DNA of 64,000 nucleotides, from assembly GCA_039793395.1 (NCBI GenBank), contig JBAMLV010000008.1, forward strand, positions 10,196 through 74,195, in the 5' to 3' direction. A model generated the notes under the pieces. It worked only from the letters and a program-made list of their open reading frames with translations, was not told the DNA's origin and did not search any database. The DNA comes from a bacterium. GTDB taxonomy: Bacteria; Hydrothermota; Tepidihabitantia; Tepidihabitantales; Tepidihabitantaceae. A program made the translations under genes and the position numbers. Positions 8,979-17,462 of the stretch are shown here, in pieces (the stretch's first letter is position 1; each line of letters starts with the position of its first letter).

Positions 8979-10630
8979 CCGGAAGGCTTTTCACCCTGAC
9001 CCTGCTGCTCATCTTCCCGGCTTCGGGGCAGGATGTGAACCGGGCACAACTGTTAGAACAGGCAGGCCAGATTGAAACCGCCTTTAAAATCTATCTTGAG
9101 GCACTCAAGCAAAACCCGAACCAGACCACAGCACTCAGCGGTCTGGTCCGCACTGCCCGGCGCCTCGGTCGCGATGACACCCTGCTGGTTGTCTTAGAAT
9201 CACTGAAAGACCTTGCCCGTAACCCGGTGGCAATTGAACTGGGAATTGTTGAAGCCCTCTTTGGGCTGAAGCGCCGGTCCGAAGCCATCCGGCGACTGGA
9301 GCAGGTGCTGCGTGTTCATCCCGACCAGCTGGCGCCGGCGATTGACATGCTGCTCCGGGCTGGAGAATTGAACCTTGCCATCCGCTATCTTGAACCGGTG
9401 GTCAATACCCGGTTCAGTCCCGACCTTGTTGACCGGCTGGTTAACCTTTACGAACAGACCGGACAGCTAACTGCAGCTGCCCGCCTGATTGTCCGTTGCG
9501 CCAATAATAACGGTGCTGATGCGGTCCGCTTTCTCACCCGCTCAACTGAACGGCTGCGCTCCTGGGGCAGGCAGTCCGGTGCCGAGCGGGTCGTCTCTGA
9601 ACTGGAAAAAATCCAGGACCCGGGACTGCGCCGTCGTCTGCAGGCACAGGTGCTACTTGGTGCTGGCCGGGAACTGGCTGGCGCCCGACTGTTAGTGGAT
9701 GCCGCTCAAGCCCGAACGGTCTCCCAGCAGGAACTGCTCCAGTTTGCCCGGGAATGTGAGGCGAATGGTTTTTATCAGGCTGCCCTGGCCGGTTATCAAT
9801 TTCTGAACCTCAACTCCGATGTCGCCCGAATCCTGCGCCTTCAGGGAAAAATTGACCTGGCATTGAAGGTGTTAGAATCGGACACCACCCCCGCAGGACT
9901 GTTTGAATATGCGGAACTGGCACGGCTTGACCGGAACGACTTCGCCCGTGCCACTACTGCCTATTCCCGGTTCCTCCGGTTCCGTCCCCTTGACCCGGCC
10001 GGGATTTCCGGCCTGGCTGCCGCCCTGATCGGACTCAAGCAATTGGACAGTGCCCGACGGGTGCTCAACCGGCTCCAGCCCTCTGATGACCGCGCCACCC
10101 TGCTGCTGACCAAGATTTTTATCTATCAGGGAATGTTTGATTCGGCTATTGCCTTGATCCGCAACTTCACCACCCGGTTCCCGGACAGTCCGTTGGGTAA
10201 TGATATTTTAGAGTTGGGGTTACTGATGATGCTCGGCGAACGGAAACAGGAACTTGCCCGGGTGATGTTCAATCTTGACGCCGCTCAGTTTGACCGGGCG
10301 CGGCTTGAGGCCGAAAGTCTGGCATCGGGCAATGACCTGGTCGCGCAGCAGGCACTACTACTGCTCAGTGAAATTTATCGCCGGCAACGCCGGTATCAGT
10401 CCGCAGTCGCGGAACTGGACACCCTGCTGGTCCGTTTCCCTGAAGGCGAACTGGCACCAGCCGCCCTTTACCGTCAGGCAGAACTATTTTACGATGAACT
10501 TAAAGACCTGGACCGTGCCCGGCGCTGTGCTGAAAGGCTGATTGAGCAGTTTCCAGGCTCACCCTTTGCCCCGCTGGTCCGCAACCGTCTGCTCAATCAC
10601 CACCCCGCACCGGCCGAACCGGTGCGCTGA
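8975..10630 (+). CDS. Secreted TPR-repeat protein
   Basis: Signal peptide MTGRLFTLTLLLIFPASGQD. Multiple TPR-like helical repeats. C-terminal YbgF-like TPR (YRRQRRYQSAVAELDTLLVRFPEGELAPAALYRQAELFYD). Confidence 0.6.
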   Translation: MTGRLFTLTLLLIFPASGQDVNRAQLLEQAGQIETAFKIYLEALKQNPNQTTALSGLVRTARRLGRDDTLLVVLESLKDLARNPVAIELGIVEALFGLKRRSEAIRRLEQVLRVHPDQLAPAIDMLLRAGELNLAIRYLEPVVNTRFSPDLVDRLVNLYEQTGQLTAAARLIVRCANNNGADAVRFLTRSTERLRSWGRQSGAERVVSELEKIQDPGLRRRLQAQVLLGAGRELAGARLLVDAAQARTVSQQELLQFARECEANGFYQAALAGYQFLNLNSDVARILRLQGKIDLALKVLESDTTPAGLFEYAELARLDRNDFARATTAYSRFLRFRPLDPAGISGLAAALIGLKQLDSARRVLNRLQPSDDRATLLLTKIFIYQGMFDSAIALIRNFTTRFPDSPLGNDILELGLLMMLGERKQELARVMFNLDAAQFDRARLEAESLASGNDLVAQQALLLLSEIYRRQRRYQSAVAELDTLLVRFPEGELAPAALYRQAELFYDELKDLDRARRCAERLIEQFPGSPFAPLVRNRLLNHHPAPAEPVR

Positions 10631-10643
10631 ACTGACCGCGTTA

Positions 10644-10746
10644 GATTGCCGTGCGGCGTGCGGAGCGAAGCCCGGGCGTGGAGATTGCTTCGTCGCTCGC
10701 GCCCCTCGCAATGACGGGTTAACAAAGCAAGGCTCGCAATAAAGGG
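10644..10746. repeat. Copy or copies of the dispersed palindromic GC-rich repeat (core GAGATTGCTTCGTCGCTCGCGCCCCTCGCAATGACGGG)
   Basis: Shares the GATTGCTTCG...CTCGCAATGAC core with at least 7 other loci. Generates the spurious ORF 10542..10742. Confidence 0.7.
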
Positions 10747-10764
10747 AAGGCACCGCGTTAACTA

Positions 10765-10799
10765 TTGACGCCGCTGATTTCAATGTTATGCTAAAATAA
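10765..10799 (+). promoter_or_regulatory. Sigma-70-like promoter, TTGACG -16- TATGCT, 7 nt before ATG at 10800
   Basis: ttgacg (10765-10770), 16-nt spacer, tatgct (10787-10792), aaaataa, ATG. Confidence 0.5.
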
Positions 10800-12011
10800 A
10801 TGGCACAGGCTCAGACGCTTGCCGACCTGCTCGCACAACGCCGCATCCTCTCGGTAAATGAAGTGGTACCGCTGTTCAGTTCGGTGTTGGAAGACTTAGA
10901 AAAGGCACATACCCAGGGCCAGCTCCACGGCGACATCAAGCCGAAGAAAATCGTTCAGGTTGAAGACCGGGTCTGGCGGCTGATTGACTACGGCGGATCA
11001 AAAATCGGCACCGCCCGCTACCTCGCCCCGGAAAAGGCAAAAAAGGAGCCAGTTGATGGCCGGGCTGACCTCTATTCCCTGGGAGTGGTGCTTTACGAAG
11101 CCGTGACCGGCAGGCCACCATTTGAAGCCGAACTGGGTGCGCAACTGTTGCAGGCACACATCAGTCAGCCGCCACCACCACCCAGTTCAATTCGTCCGGA
11201 AATTCCCAAAGAACTGGAACGGCTGATTCTCCGGGCATTGGAAAAGGATCCGGCACGCCGGTTTCAGAGTGCCCGCGAATTCCGGACCGCGCTCAATGCG
11301 CTCCTGCCCAGGGAACCAGCGCCCGAAGCGGCCAAACCGGTTAAACCCCAACCCCAGCCACCCCCTGCACCCGAACCGGTCCGGCCAGCAGGTCCTAAAC
11401 CGATGGCACCGCCCCGACCCGCCTCCGAACCAGCAGTACCGGCAAAAAAAGGCAGAGCACCGGTGATGCTCATTATTATAATATTTGTGCTTGCCGCTGC
11501 GACCGCAGGTTTTTTAGTGCTGAGTAATGCCGGCAGGGTGGTGGTGCCCGGCGTGGTCGGGATGTTTGAGTCCGACGCCCGGCAGAGTCTGGAAAAAACG
11601 GGTCTGGTAATTGAACTCGGTCCGGACCGCGATGCGCCCCTGCCAATGGGTGCGATCGCCGAACAGCATCCCCAGCCCGGGGCAAAGGTCAAAAGGGGCA
11701 CTAAGGTGCAGGTGCGGTTGAGCACTGGTATGGTTGAAGTTCCGGGTTTAACCGGCCGTTCCCGAACCGAAGCCGAGCAAATGTTGCGTGCGACCGGTCT
11801 GGATAGTATAATATTTACCAGTGAATACAGTGATGAAATTGAATTCGGCCGGGTTATCGGCACCGAGCCGAAAGCGGGCGCCAGAGTCCGGATCCGAACA
11901 CCAGTCCGGGTGCGAATCGCCAATGGCCTGGCAACCTGTCCCCAGTGCGGTGCCAGAAGGGAGCCGGGAGCCCAGTTCTGCACCCGCTGCGGTTTTCGGT
12001 TTCCGCAATAG
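10800..12011 (+). CDS. N-terminally truncated PknB-like Ser/Thr kinase (C-lobe only) - TM - 2x PASTA - C-terminal zinc ribbon
   Basis: Begins in kinase subdomain VIa (LHGDIKPKK = HRD region; DYG = DFG; ARYLAPE = APE motif). No Gly-loop or VAIK lysine N-lobe. Pro-rich linker, TM (VMLIIIIFVLAAATAGFLVL), two PASTA-like domains, CPQCGARREPGAQFCTRCGFRF zinc ribbon. Confidence 0.65.
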   Translation: MAQAQTLADLLAQRRILSVNEVVPLFSSVLEDLEKAHTQGQLHGDIKPKKIVQVEDRVWRLIDYGGSKIGTARYLAPEKAKKEPVDGRADLYSLGVVLYEAVTGRPPFEAELGAQLLQAHISQPPPPPSSIRPEIPKELERLILRALEKDPARRFQSAREFRTALNALLPREPAPEAAKPVKPQPQPPPAPEPVRPAGPKPMAPPRPASEPAVPAKKGRAPVMLIIIIFVLAAATAGFLVLSNAGRVVVPGVVGMFESDARQSLEKTGLVIELGPDRDAPLPMGAIAEQHPQPGAKVKRGTKVQVRLSTGMVEVPGLTGRSRTEAEQMLRATGLDSIIFTSEYSDEIEFGRVIGTEPKAGARVRIRTPVRVRIANGLATCPQCGARREPGAQFCTRCGFRFPQ

Positions 12012-12014
12012 GCA

Positions 12015-13034
12015 ATGAGGAACCGTTTTCTGAAAATTGTCATCGGTCTGCTGCTCATTTTTGCGGTGGCATTTGCCGAAAAGGTCTGTCCGAACTGTGG
12101 AACCGTCAATCCGGACAACGCCCGGTTCTGCAAGAAGTGTGGCACCCGACTGCCTGAACCTGAACCCCGGCCCTCGCTTCCCCGATTGCGAGTTGAAACC
12201 ACCATCAGCGGTAATACCGTGACCATTACCTCCGAACCATCAGCAGCATCTGTGCGCATTGACAATGAAGAACGGGGTAAAACACCACTGACCTTATCCG
12301 ACCTCACCCCGGGCCGGCACGAACTTGAAGTCCGCCATCCCGGTTATCAGCCATACTACTCCAGTTTTACCATTACCGCCCGGCTGGCAACACTGGTCAT
12401 AACCACCGACCCGCCCGGTGCTGAAATCTATCTCAACGGTGTTTACCGGGGAAAAACAACCGAAACCGGTTTAACCATCTCCCGGGTGCCGTTCGGCTCC
12501 CAGTCAATCTCGGCACGACTCCCCGGCTACCAGGAAGCCACCAAACTGATTGAAGTAAAGGACCCGGGCCCGATTGGCGTGCTGATTAAACTGGGCACCA
12601 GCCGGGGCTATCTCAGTGTGCAGACCCGTCCTGCTGGTGCCGATGTCATCGCTAATGGCAGAAAACTCGGAACCAGCCCGCTGATCACCGAACTGGCACC
12701 AGACCGTTATGCCCTGACCCTTTCCCGGCCGGGTTATGAAGACTGGCTCGGTTATGTCAATATCGGTTATGGTGAAACCACCCGGGTTAATCAAACCCTT
12801 TCCCGCCTGCCCCGGCGACAGCTGCCGATACTGTTAACCGGTATCGCACTCGTCGCCGGCGGCGCCTACTCCGCCTTAATGGGTGAACAAACCTATGCCC
12901 GGTATCAGCAGGCGGGTAGCACCGAACAGGCGATCAAACTGCGCCAGGACACACAGCGCTGGGATCTGCTGCGCAACATCGGTGTTGGTGCCGGCGCCAC
13001 CTGCGTCGGGCTTTACCTGGTGATTAAATGGTAA
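12015..13034 (+). CDS. Zinc-ribbon / PEGA-domain membrane protein
   Basis: Signal/TM segment, CPNCGTVNPDNARFCKKCGTRL zinc ribbon, four PEGA-like domains (GKTPLTLSDLTPGRHELEVRHPGYQPY and similar), C-terminal TM. Confidence 0.65.
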   Translation: MRNRFLKIVIGLLLIFAVAFAEKVCPNCGTVNPDNARFCKKCGTRLPEPEPRPSLPRLRVETTISGNTVTITSEPSAASVRIDNEERGKTPLTLSDLTPGRHELEVRHPGYQPYYSSFTITARLATLVITTDPPGAEIYLNGVYRGKTTETGLTISRVPFGSQSISARLPGYQEATKLIEVKDPGPIGVLIKLGTSRGYLSVQTRPAGADVIANGRKLGTSPLITELAPDRYALTLSRPGYEDWLGYVNIGYGETTRVNQTLSRLPRRQLPILLTGIALVAGGAYSALMGEQTYARYQQAGSTEQAIKLRQDTQRWDLLRNIGVGAGATCVGLYLVIKW

Positions 13035-16000
13035 GGAAGCGGAATTTACTGCCGGTCCTCGCGCTGCTTTTTTTACTCCTCGGGCTTCTGCTCTGCCGCA
13101 AGTGGACCAACCCCTATGACCCGTTAGCCAACCGCCCGCCCTCACCACCACGACTACTTTATCCGGACAGTGGCAGCCGCGACATTGACACCAGCGTGGT
13201 GCTCCGCTGGACCTGCTCGGACCCGGATAGCCTGGACACGCTCAAGTATATCCTGTATCTCGGCATCAGCCCGCCACCACCGCTCTTTGACTCCCAGATT
13301 ACCGACACCTTTTACCATCCGCTCAATCTCAATGTGTTAGCCAGTTATTACTGGCGCATCGTTGCCCGGGACCGATTTGGCGAAACCGCTACCAGTCCGG
13401 TCTGGCACTTCGCAACTGCCCGGGCAAACAACTTCCCCTATGTGCCCTCCAGCCCAACCCCGGATTCCGGCGCAATCGGCCAGTTTGTCCGGCTAACCCT
13501 TTCCTGGGCTGGCGGCGACCCTGACCCTGGTGATACCGTCCGTTACGACATCTATTTCGGAACTGTTAACCCACCGCCACTGTTCGTTCAAGGACACCCT
13601 CAGACCAGCTGGACCCCGCCCCGGCTAAAATACGACTCCACCTACTACTGGCGGATTGTCTCCCGGGACCAACGCGGTGCCACGGTCAGCGGTCCGCTCT
13701 GGTTTTTCCGCACCTTTCCTCCGGTTATTGTTACTCAGCCTAATGATACCACCCGCTGGCGGGTCTATTCACATCAAACCATTCGCTGGACTGGCGGACC
13801 ATTGCTTTCCTCAATGTCGGCACCAGAACTTCGGACCGATGTGGTCCAGCCGTCAGCGCACGCGGTGGAAAGGCACAGCATAAACGCATCCGCTGCCGAT
13901 TCGGTGGTGATTTACTATTCAACTAATGGTGGCACTACCTGGTTACGGCACGGCCGGGCAACTGCGTCTGGCGCTTACAACTGGACGGTACCCAGCCCGC
14001 CCAGCACTAATGCCCGGGTTCAGGTGCGGATGTTTTTATTCGGGGATACCACCATTGGAAACTCACCCCGTTACGAGGTCTATGACCAGAACAAACCCTC
14101 AGTTATCACTGTTACCGCGCCGGACTCTAATGCCGAATGGCGCATCGGCAACACCTATGAAATTACCTGGACCGGCGGCACATTCCTGGGAATGGATTCC
14201 ACGGTTCTTTCCTATTCCACCAACAACGGCACCACCTGGTCCCGGATCGGTGCCACTACCCGACCCGGCATTTACCGCTGGACCGTGCCTGCACCCGCAA
14301 CCAACCAGGCAAAAATCCGGGTTCGTGCCTTCTGTCTTGACTCTTCAACTACCGGCTTCAGCTCCACCTTCAAAATTGTTGAGGGTCTGCCCCCGATTAC
14401 CATAACCCAGCCGAACGCAAACACCCGCTGGCGGGAGGGCTCTGCCCAGACCATTGTCTGGACCGGCGGTCCGGCGACACCGGATTCAATTACCGTTTAT
14501 TATTCCACTGACGATGGTATAACCTGGCTCCGCCATGGCCGGACAACCACCCCGGGAACCTACAACTGGAATGTCCCTGGACCGGCAACCCAGTCTGCCC
14601 GGGTGGCGGTCCGGGCGTATCTGGCTGCCGAATCTTCTGTGGGCATCAGCGCCCGGTATGTGGTTTATGACTCATTGCCGCCATCACCAATTACCGTTAC
14701 CTCACCGGTCGCGGGCGCACGCTGGCTGGTCGGCACGACCCATGAAATTACCTGGACCGGCGGCACCTTTGCCGGAATGGAGTCCACGGTAATCTATTAC
14801 TCCACTAATGGCGGCACCGACTGGCTCCGCCAGGGAGTCACCACCCAGCCCGGCTCCTATACCTGGACCGTGCCCAACCCGCCCACCAATAATGCCCAAA
14901 TTGCGGTGCGAGCCTGGTGCGGGAACTATCTCACCGAGGGCCGCAGTGGCATTTTTACCGTTGCCGGTGCCGGTGGCACCCCGGATTCGGTCATTGCCAC
15001 CATTACCGTCGGTTCCAAACCCCGTGCCCTGCTCTGGGATTCGCTCCATAATAAAGTATTCGTTGCCAATTACAACGACTCCAGTGTAACCGTTATTGAC
15101 GGTGCCAGCAACCAGATTCAGACCACCATCCCGGTAGGGAAATTCCCTTATGCCCTCTGTCTTAACACTGTTAATGGCAATGTCTATGTGGCAAATCAGA
15201 TCAGCGGTACGGTCACGGTGATTGACGGTGCCAGCAATCAGGTAATTGCCACCGTAGGTGTCGGCAGTTACCCTCAAGCCCTGTGTTTCAATCCGTCAAC
15301 CAACCGGCTCTATGTCAGCAACTACCGTTCGGCAACCGTGACCGTGCTTGACGGTGCCAGCAACCAGGTAATCACCACCGTACCCGTTGACTCCAACCCG
15401 ATTGCCCTGGTCTACAATCCAGAGTATAACAAAATCTACTGTGCCAATTTTGCTCGCAACAATGTGACCGTTATTGACGGCAGCAACAACAGTGTTATCG
15501 GCACGGTCGGTGTTGATTATCAGCCCTGCGCCCTGGTGGTTGACGGCAGAAACAATGTGGCGGTTGCCAATCGTTACCTCGGTAGAGTGACCATCATTAA
15601 CGGTCAAAACCAGACGGTCATCACCACCATCGATGTCGGCACCGAACCCTATGCCCTTGCCTACAACGCCACTGATAACCGGCTTTACTGTGCCAATTCC
15701 GGTTCTAATGATATCTCGGTAATTAATGTTAACACCTATTCACTGCTCACCACGATTAGCACCGGTGTTCATCCCCGGAGTCTGGCCTGGGCAGGCTGGG
15801 TTGATAAACTCTATGCCGCCAACTACGACGGTGCCAGCGTGACGATGATTGACGGTGCCAGCAACACGGTTCAGAAGACCATCTCCGTCGGTGCCAACCC
15901 GATTGCCCTCTGCATTAACTCCTGGAACAGTAAAGTGTATGTGGCAAACTACAATGCCAATACGGTAACGGTCATCGGTCCCCGCACCTGGCAACCCTAA
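13028..16000 (+). CDS. Large surface protein: 2x FN3-like + 5x Ser/Thr-rich GPI-anchored-family-like Ig domains + YVTN-type beta-propeller repeats (990 aa)
   Basis: YYWRIVARDRFGETATSPVWHFAT and YYWRIVSRDQRGATVSGPLWFFRT (FN3-like). Five ~110-aa repeats (TRWR..IxWTGGP...YYSTNGGTTW...NWTVP..A...RVR). Repeated 40-aa YVTN units (VANYNDSSVTVIDGASNQ...). Start overlaps the previous stop. Confidence 0.6.
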   Translation: MVRKRNLLPVLALLFLLLGLLLCRKWTNPYDPLANRPPSPPRLLYPDSGSRDIDTSVVLRWTCSDPDSLDTLKYILYLGISPPPPLFDSQITDTFYHPLNLNVLASYYWRIVARDRFGETATSPVWHFATARANNFPYVPSSPTPDSGAIGQFVRLTLSWAGGDPDPGDTVRYDIYFGTVNPPPLFVQGHPQTSWTPPRLKYDSTYYWRIVSRDQRGATVSGPLWFFRTFPPVIVTQPNDTTRWRVYSHQTIRWTGGPLLSSMSAPELRTDVVQPSAHAVERHSINASAADSVVIYYSTNGGTTWLRHGRATASGAYNWTVPSPPSTNARVQVRMFLFGDTTIGNSPRYEVYDQNKPSVITVTAPDSNAEWRIGNTYEITWTGGTFLGMDSTVLSYSTNNGTTWSRIGATTRPGIYRWTVPAPATNQAKIRVRAFCLDSSTTGFSSTFKIVEGLPPITITQPNANTRWREGSAQTIVWTGGPATPDSITVYYSTDDGITWLRHGRTTTPGTYNWNVPGPATQSARVAVRAYLAAESSVGISARYVVYDSLPPSPITVTSPVAGARWLVGTTHEITWTGGTFAGMESTVIYYSTNGGTDWLRQGVTTQPGSYTWTVPNPPTNNAQIAVRAWCGNYLTEGRSGIFTVAGAGGTPDSVIATITVGSKPRALLWDSLHNKVFVANYNDSSVTVIDGASNQIQTTIPVGKFPYALCLNTVNGNVYVANQISGTVTVIDGASNQVIATVGVGSYPQALCFNPSTNRLYVSNYRSATVTVLDGASNQVITTVPVDSNPIALVYNPEYNKIYCANFARNNVTVIDGSNNSVIGTVGVDYQPCALVVDGRNNVAVANRYLGRVTIINGQNQTVITTIDVGTEPYALAYNATDNRLYCANSGSNDISVINVNTYSLLTTISTGVHPRSLAWAGWVDKLYAANYDGASVTMIDGASNTVQKTISVGANPIALCINSWNSKVYVANYNANTVTVIGPRTWQP

Positions 16001-16043
16001 CCGCTCTTTTTATCACCAACCGCACGCACTTTTGCCACACCCT

Positions 16044-16076
16044 TGACCCGCAGGTGCCTGGTTGGTATGCTCAAAT
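16044..16076 (+). promoter_or_regulatory. Sigma-70-like promoter, TTGACC -16- TATGCT, 5 nt before ATG at 16077
   Basis: ttgacc (16044-16049), tatgct (16066-16071), caaat, ATG 16077. Confidence 0.5.
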
Positions 16077-17462
16077 ATGACTGCTGAAATCCCTACCCGG
16101 CTCCAGCATCTGGGACGGGTCTATGAGCAGCTGCTCGAGGTCCGAGGCAACCGAGCCTGTTATCTGGTCGGTGGCGCGCTGCGGGATATTCTGCTCAACC
16201 GCGAGCCCCATGATTTTGACTTTGCTGTTGCCGGTTCCGGTATTGAGTTTGCCCGGGAGTTTGCCCGGCGCATTCGGGGAAAATTAGTAGTTCTGTCGGA
16301 ATCAGATGATGAAGCCCGGGTGGTGTATCGGAAAAAAGTTATATTGGACTTTAACGGCATTGGCTCCGGGCCGATTGATTTGGACCTGCGCCGCCGGGAC
16401 TTCACCATTAATGCCCTTGCCTGGGAACTGCCTGATGGCGGCGCGCTGATTGACCGTTTCCGGGGTATGGAAGACTTAAAAAATAGAATTATCCGCCCGG
16501 TTACTCAGGATTCGCTAGCTCAGGACCCCCTGCGCCTGCTCAGAGCCTTCCGACTTGCCGGCGAACTGGGATTTACTGTTGCTGAGGAGGTTGAAGTGCA
16601 GGGACAAAGGCTCTCGCTTGCCCGAACCGCACCGGAACGGATTGGTATGGAGTTCATTCGCATTCTTGAGGCACCGTCCGGAACGAGGTTTGTGGAAAAA
16701 CTCGCCACCATGGGCAGGCTCGGGGAAATGATACCCGAACTGGCTCCCCTGCTTGAGGACGAGGAACTTTTTCAGCATACGCTGCGCACCTGCTACAAAA
16801 TTGAAGAACTCCTGACCGACCCCGGGTTTTTTGCCCGATTTGGCCCAGAATGGGACAGCTACTTCCAGAGCCAACCCTGGCGCCGGGCGCTGTTAAAACT
16901 TGCCGGCTTACTCCACGATATTGCGAAACCCCATACCCGGTTCATTAACGAAAGCGGCGAAACCCATTTTTACGGCCATGACAGTCTCGGTGCCCGGCTG
17001 GTGGTCAAAATCGGTTATGAACGGCTGCGCCTTTCCCGGCTTCAGGTGCGGATGGTGCGCACCCTGGTTAAGGAACATATGCGCCTGCATCTGCTCGCCA
17101 CTGCCCCGGAATTGTCAGACCGGGCAATCCGGCGCTACTTCCGGGACCTCGGCACCGAAGCCTTCGGCTTGATGCTTCTGTGTTATGCTGACGGCTGGGC
17201 AACTGCTGGCCGAACTGTTCATCTTGAGCACACCATCACCCGAATGCTCAATCAACACCGTGCCGAAGCCGCCAAAAAAAGGATTAAACGGCTGGTCACT
17301 GGCAATGACCTGATCGCCCTGGGAATGAAACCGGGTCCGGTATTTAAGGTGATACTTCAGGAGCTTGAAGACCTGCAAGTGGAGGGTAAAATCACCAGCC
17401 GGGAAGAGGGGATTGAGTATTTAAAAACCTATCTGCTGCCGGAACTGAAGAAAACGGAATGA
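16077..17462 (+). CDS. cca: CCA-adding tRNA nucleotidyltransferase (polyA-polymerase head + HD domain)
   Basis: GGALRDILLNREPHDFDFAV head-domain motif. HD domain (LLHDIAKP...YGHD). The track ORF starts at TTG 16062, but ATG 16077 follows the promoter. Confidence 0.8.
   Translation: MTAEIPTRLQHLGRVYEQLLEVRGNRACYLVGGALRDILLNREPHDFDFAVAGSGIEFAREFARRIRGKLVVLSESDDEARVVYRKKVILDFNGIGSGPIDLDLRRRDFTINALAWELPDGGALIDRFRGMEDLKNRIIRPVTQDSLAQDPLRLLRAFRLAGELGFTVAEEVEVQGQRLSLARTAPERIGMEFIRILEAPSGTRFVEKLATMGRLGEMIPELAPLLEDEELFQHTLRTCYKIEELLTDPGFFARFGPEWDSYFQSQPWRRALLKLAGLLHDIAKPHTRFINESGETHFYGHDSLGARLVVKIGYERLRLSRLQVRMVRTLVKEHMRLHLLATAPELSDRAIRRYFRDLGTEAFGLMLLCYADGWATAGRTVHLEHTITRMLNQHRAEAAKKRIKRLVTGNDLIALGMKPGPVFKVILQELEDLQVEGKITSREEGIEYLKTYLLPELKKTE

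Noticed and set aside
10542-10783. Small ORFs 10542..10742 (+) and 10559..10783 (-).
   Set aside because: Generated by the dispersed-repeat copies (peptide DCFVARAPRNDG). Recurrent repeat artefacts.
11264-12307. 347-aa minus-strand ORF.
   Set aside because: Antisense to the kinase/PASTA and PEGA genes. Pro/Gly/Ser-rich with no motifs.
16062-16076. TTG start for cca at 16062.
   Set aside because: It lies inside the -10 element of the upstream promoter. ATG at 16077 is the probable start.
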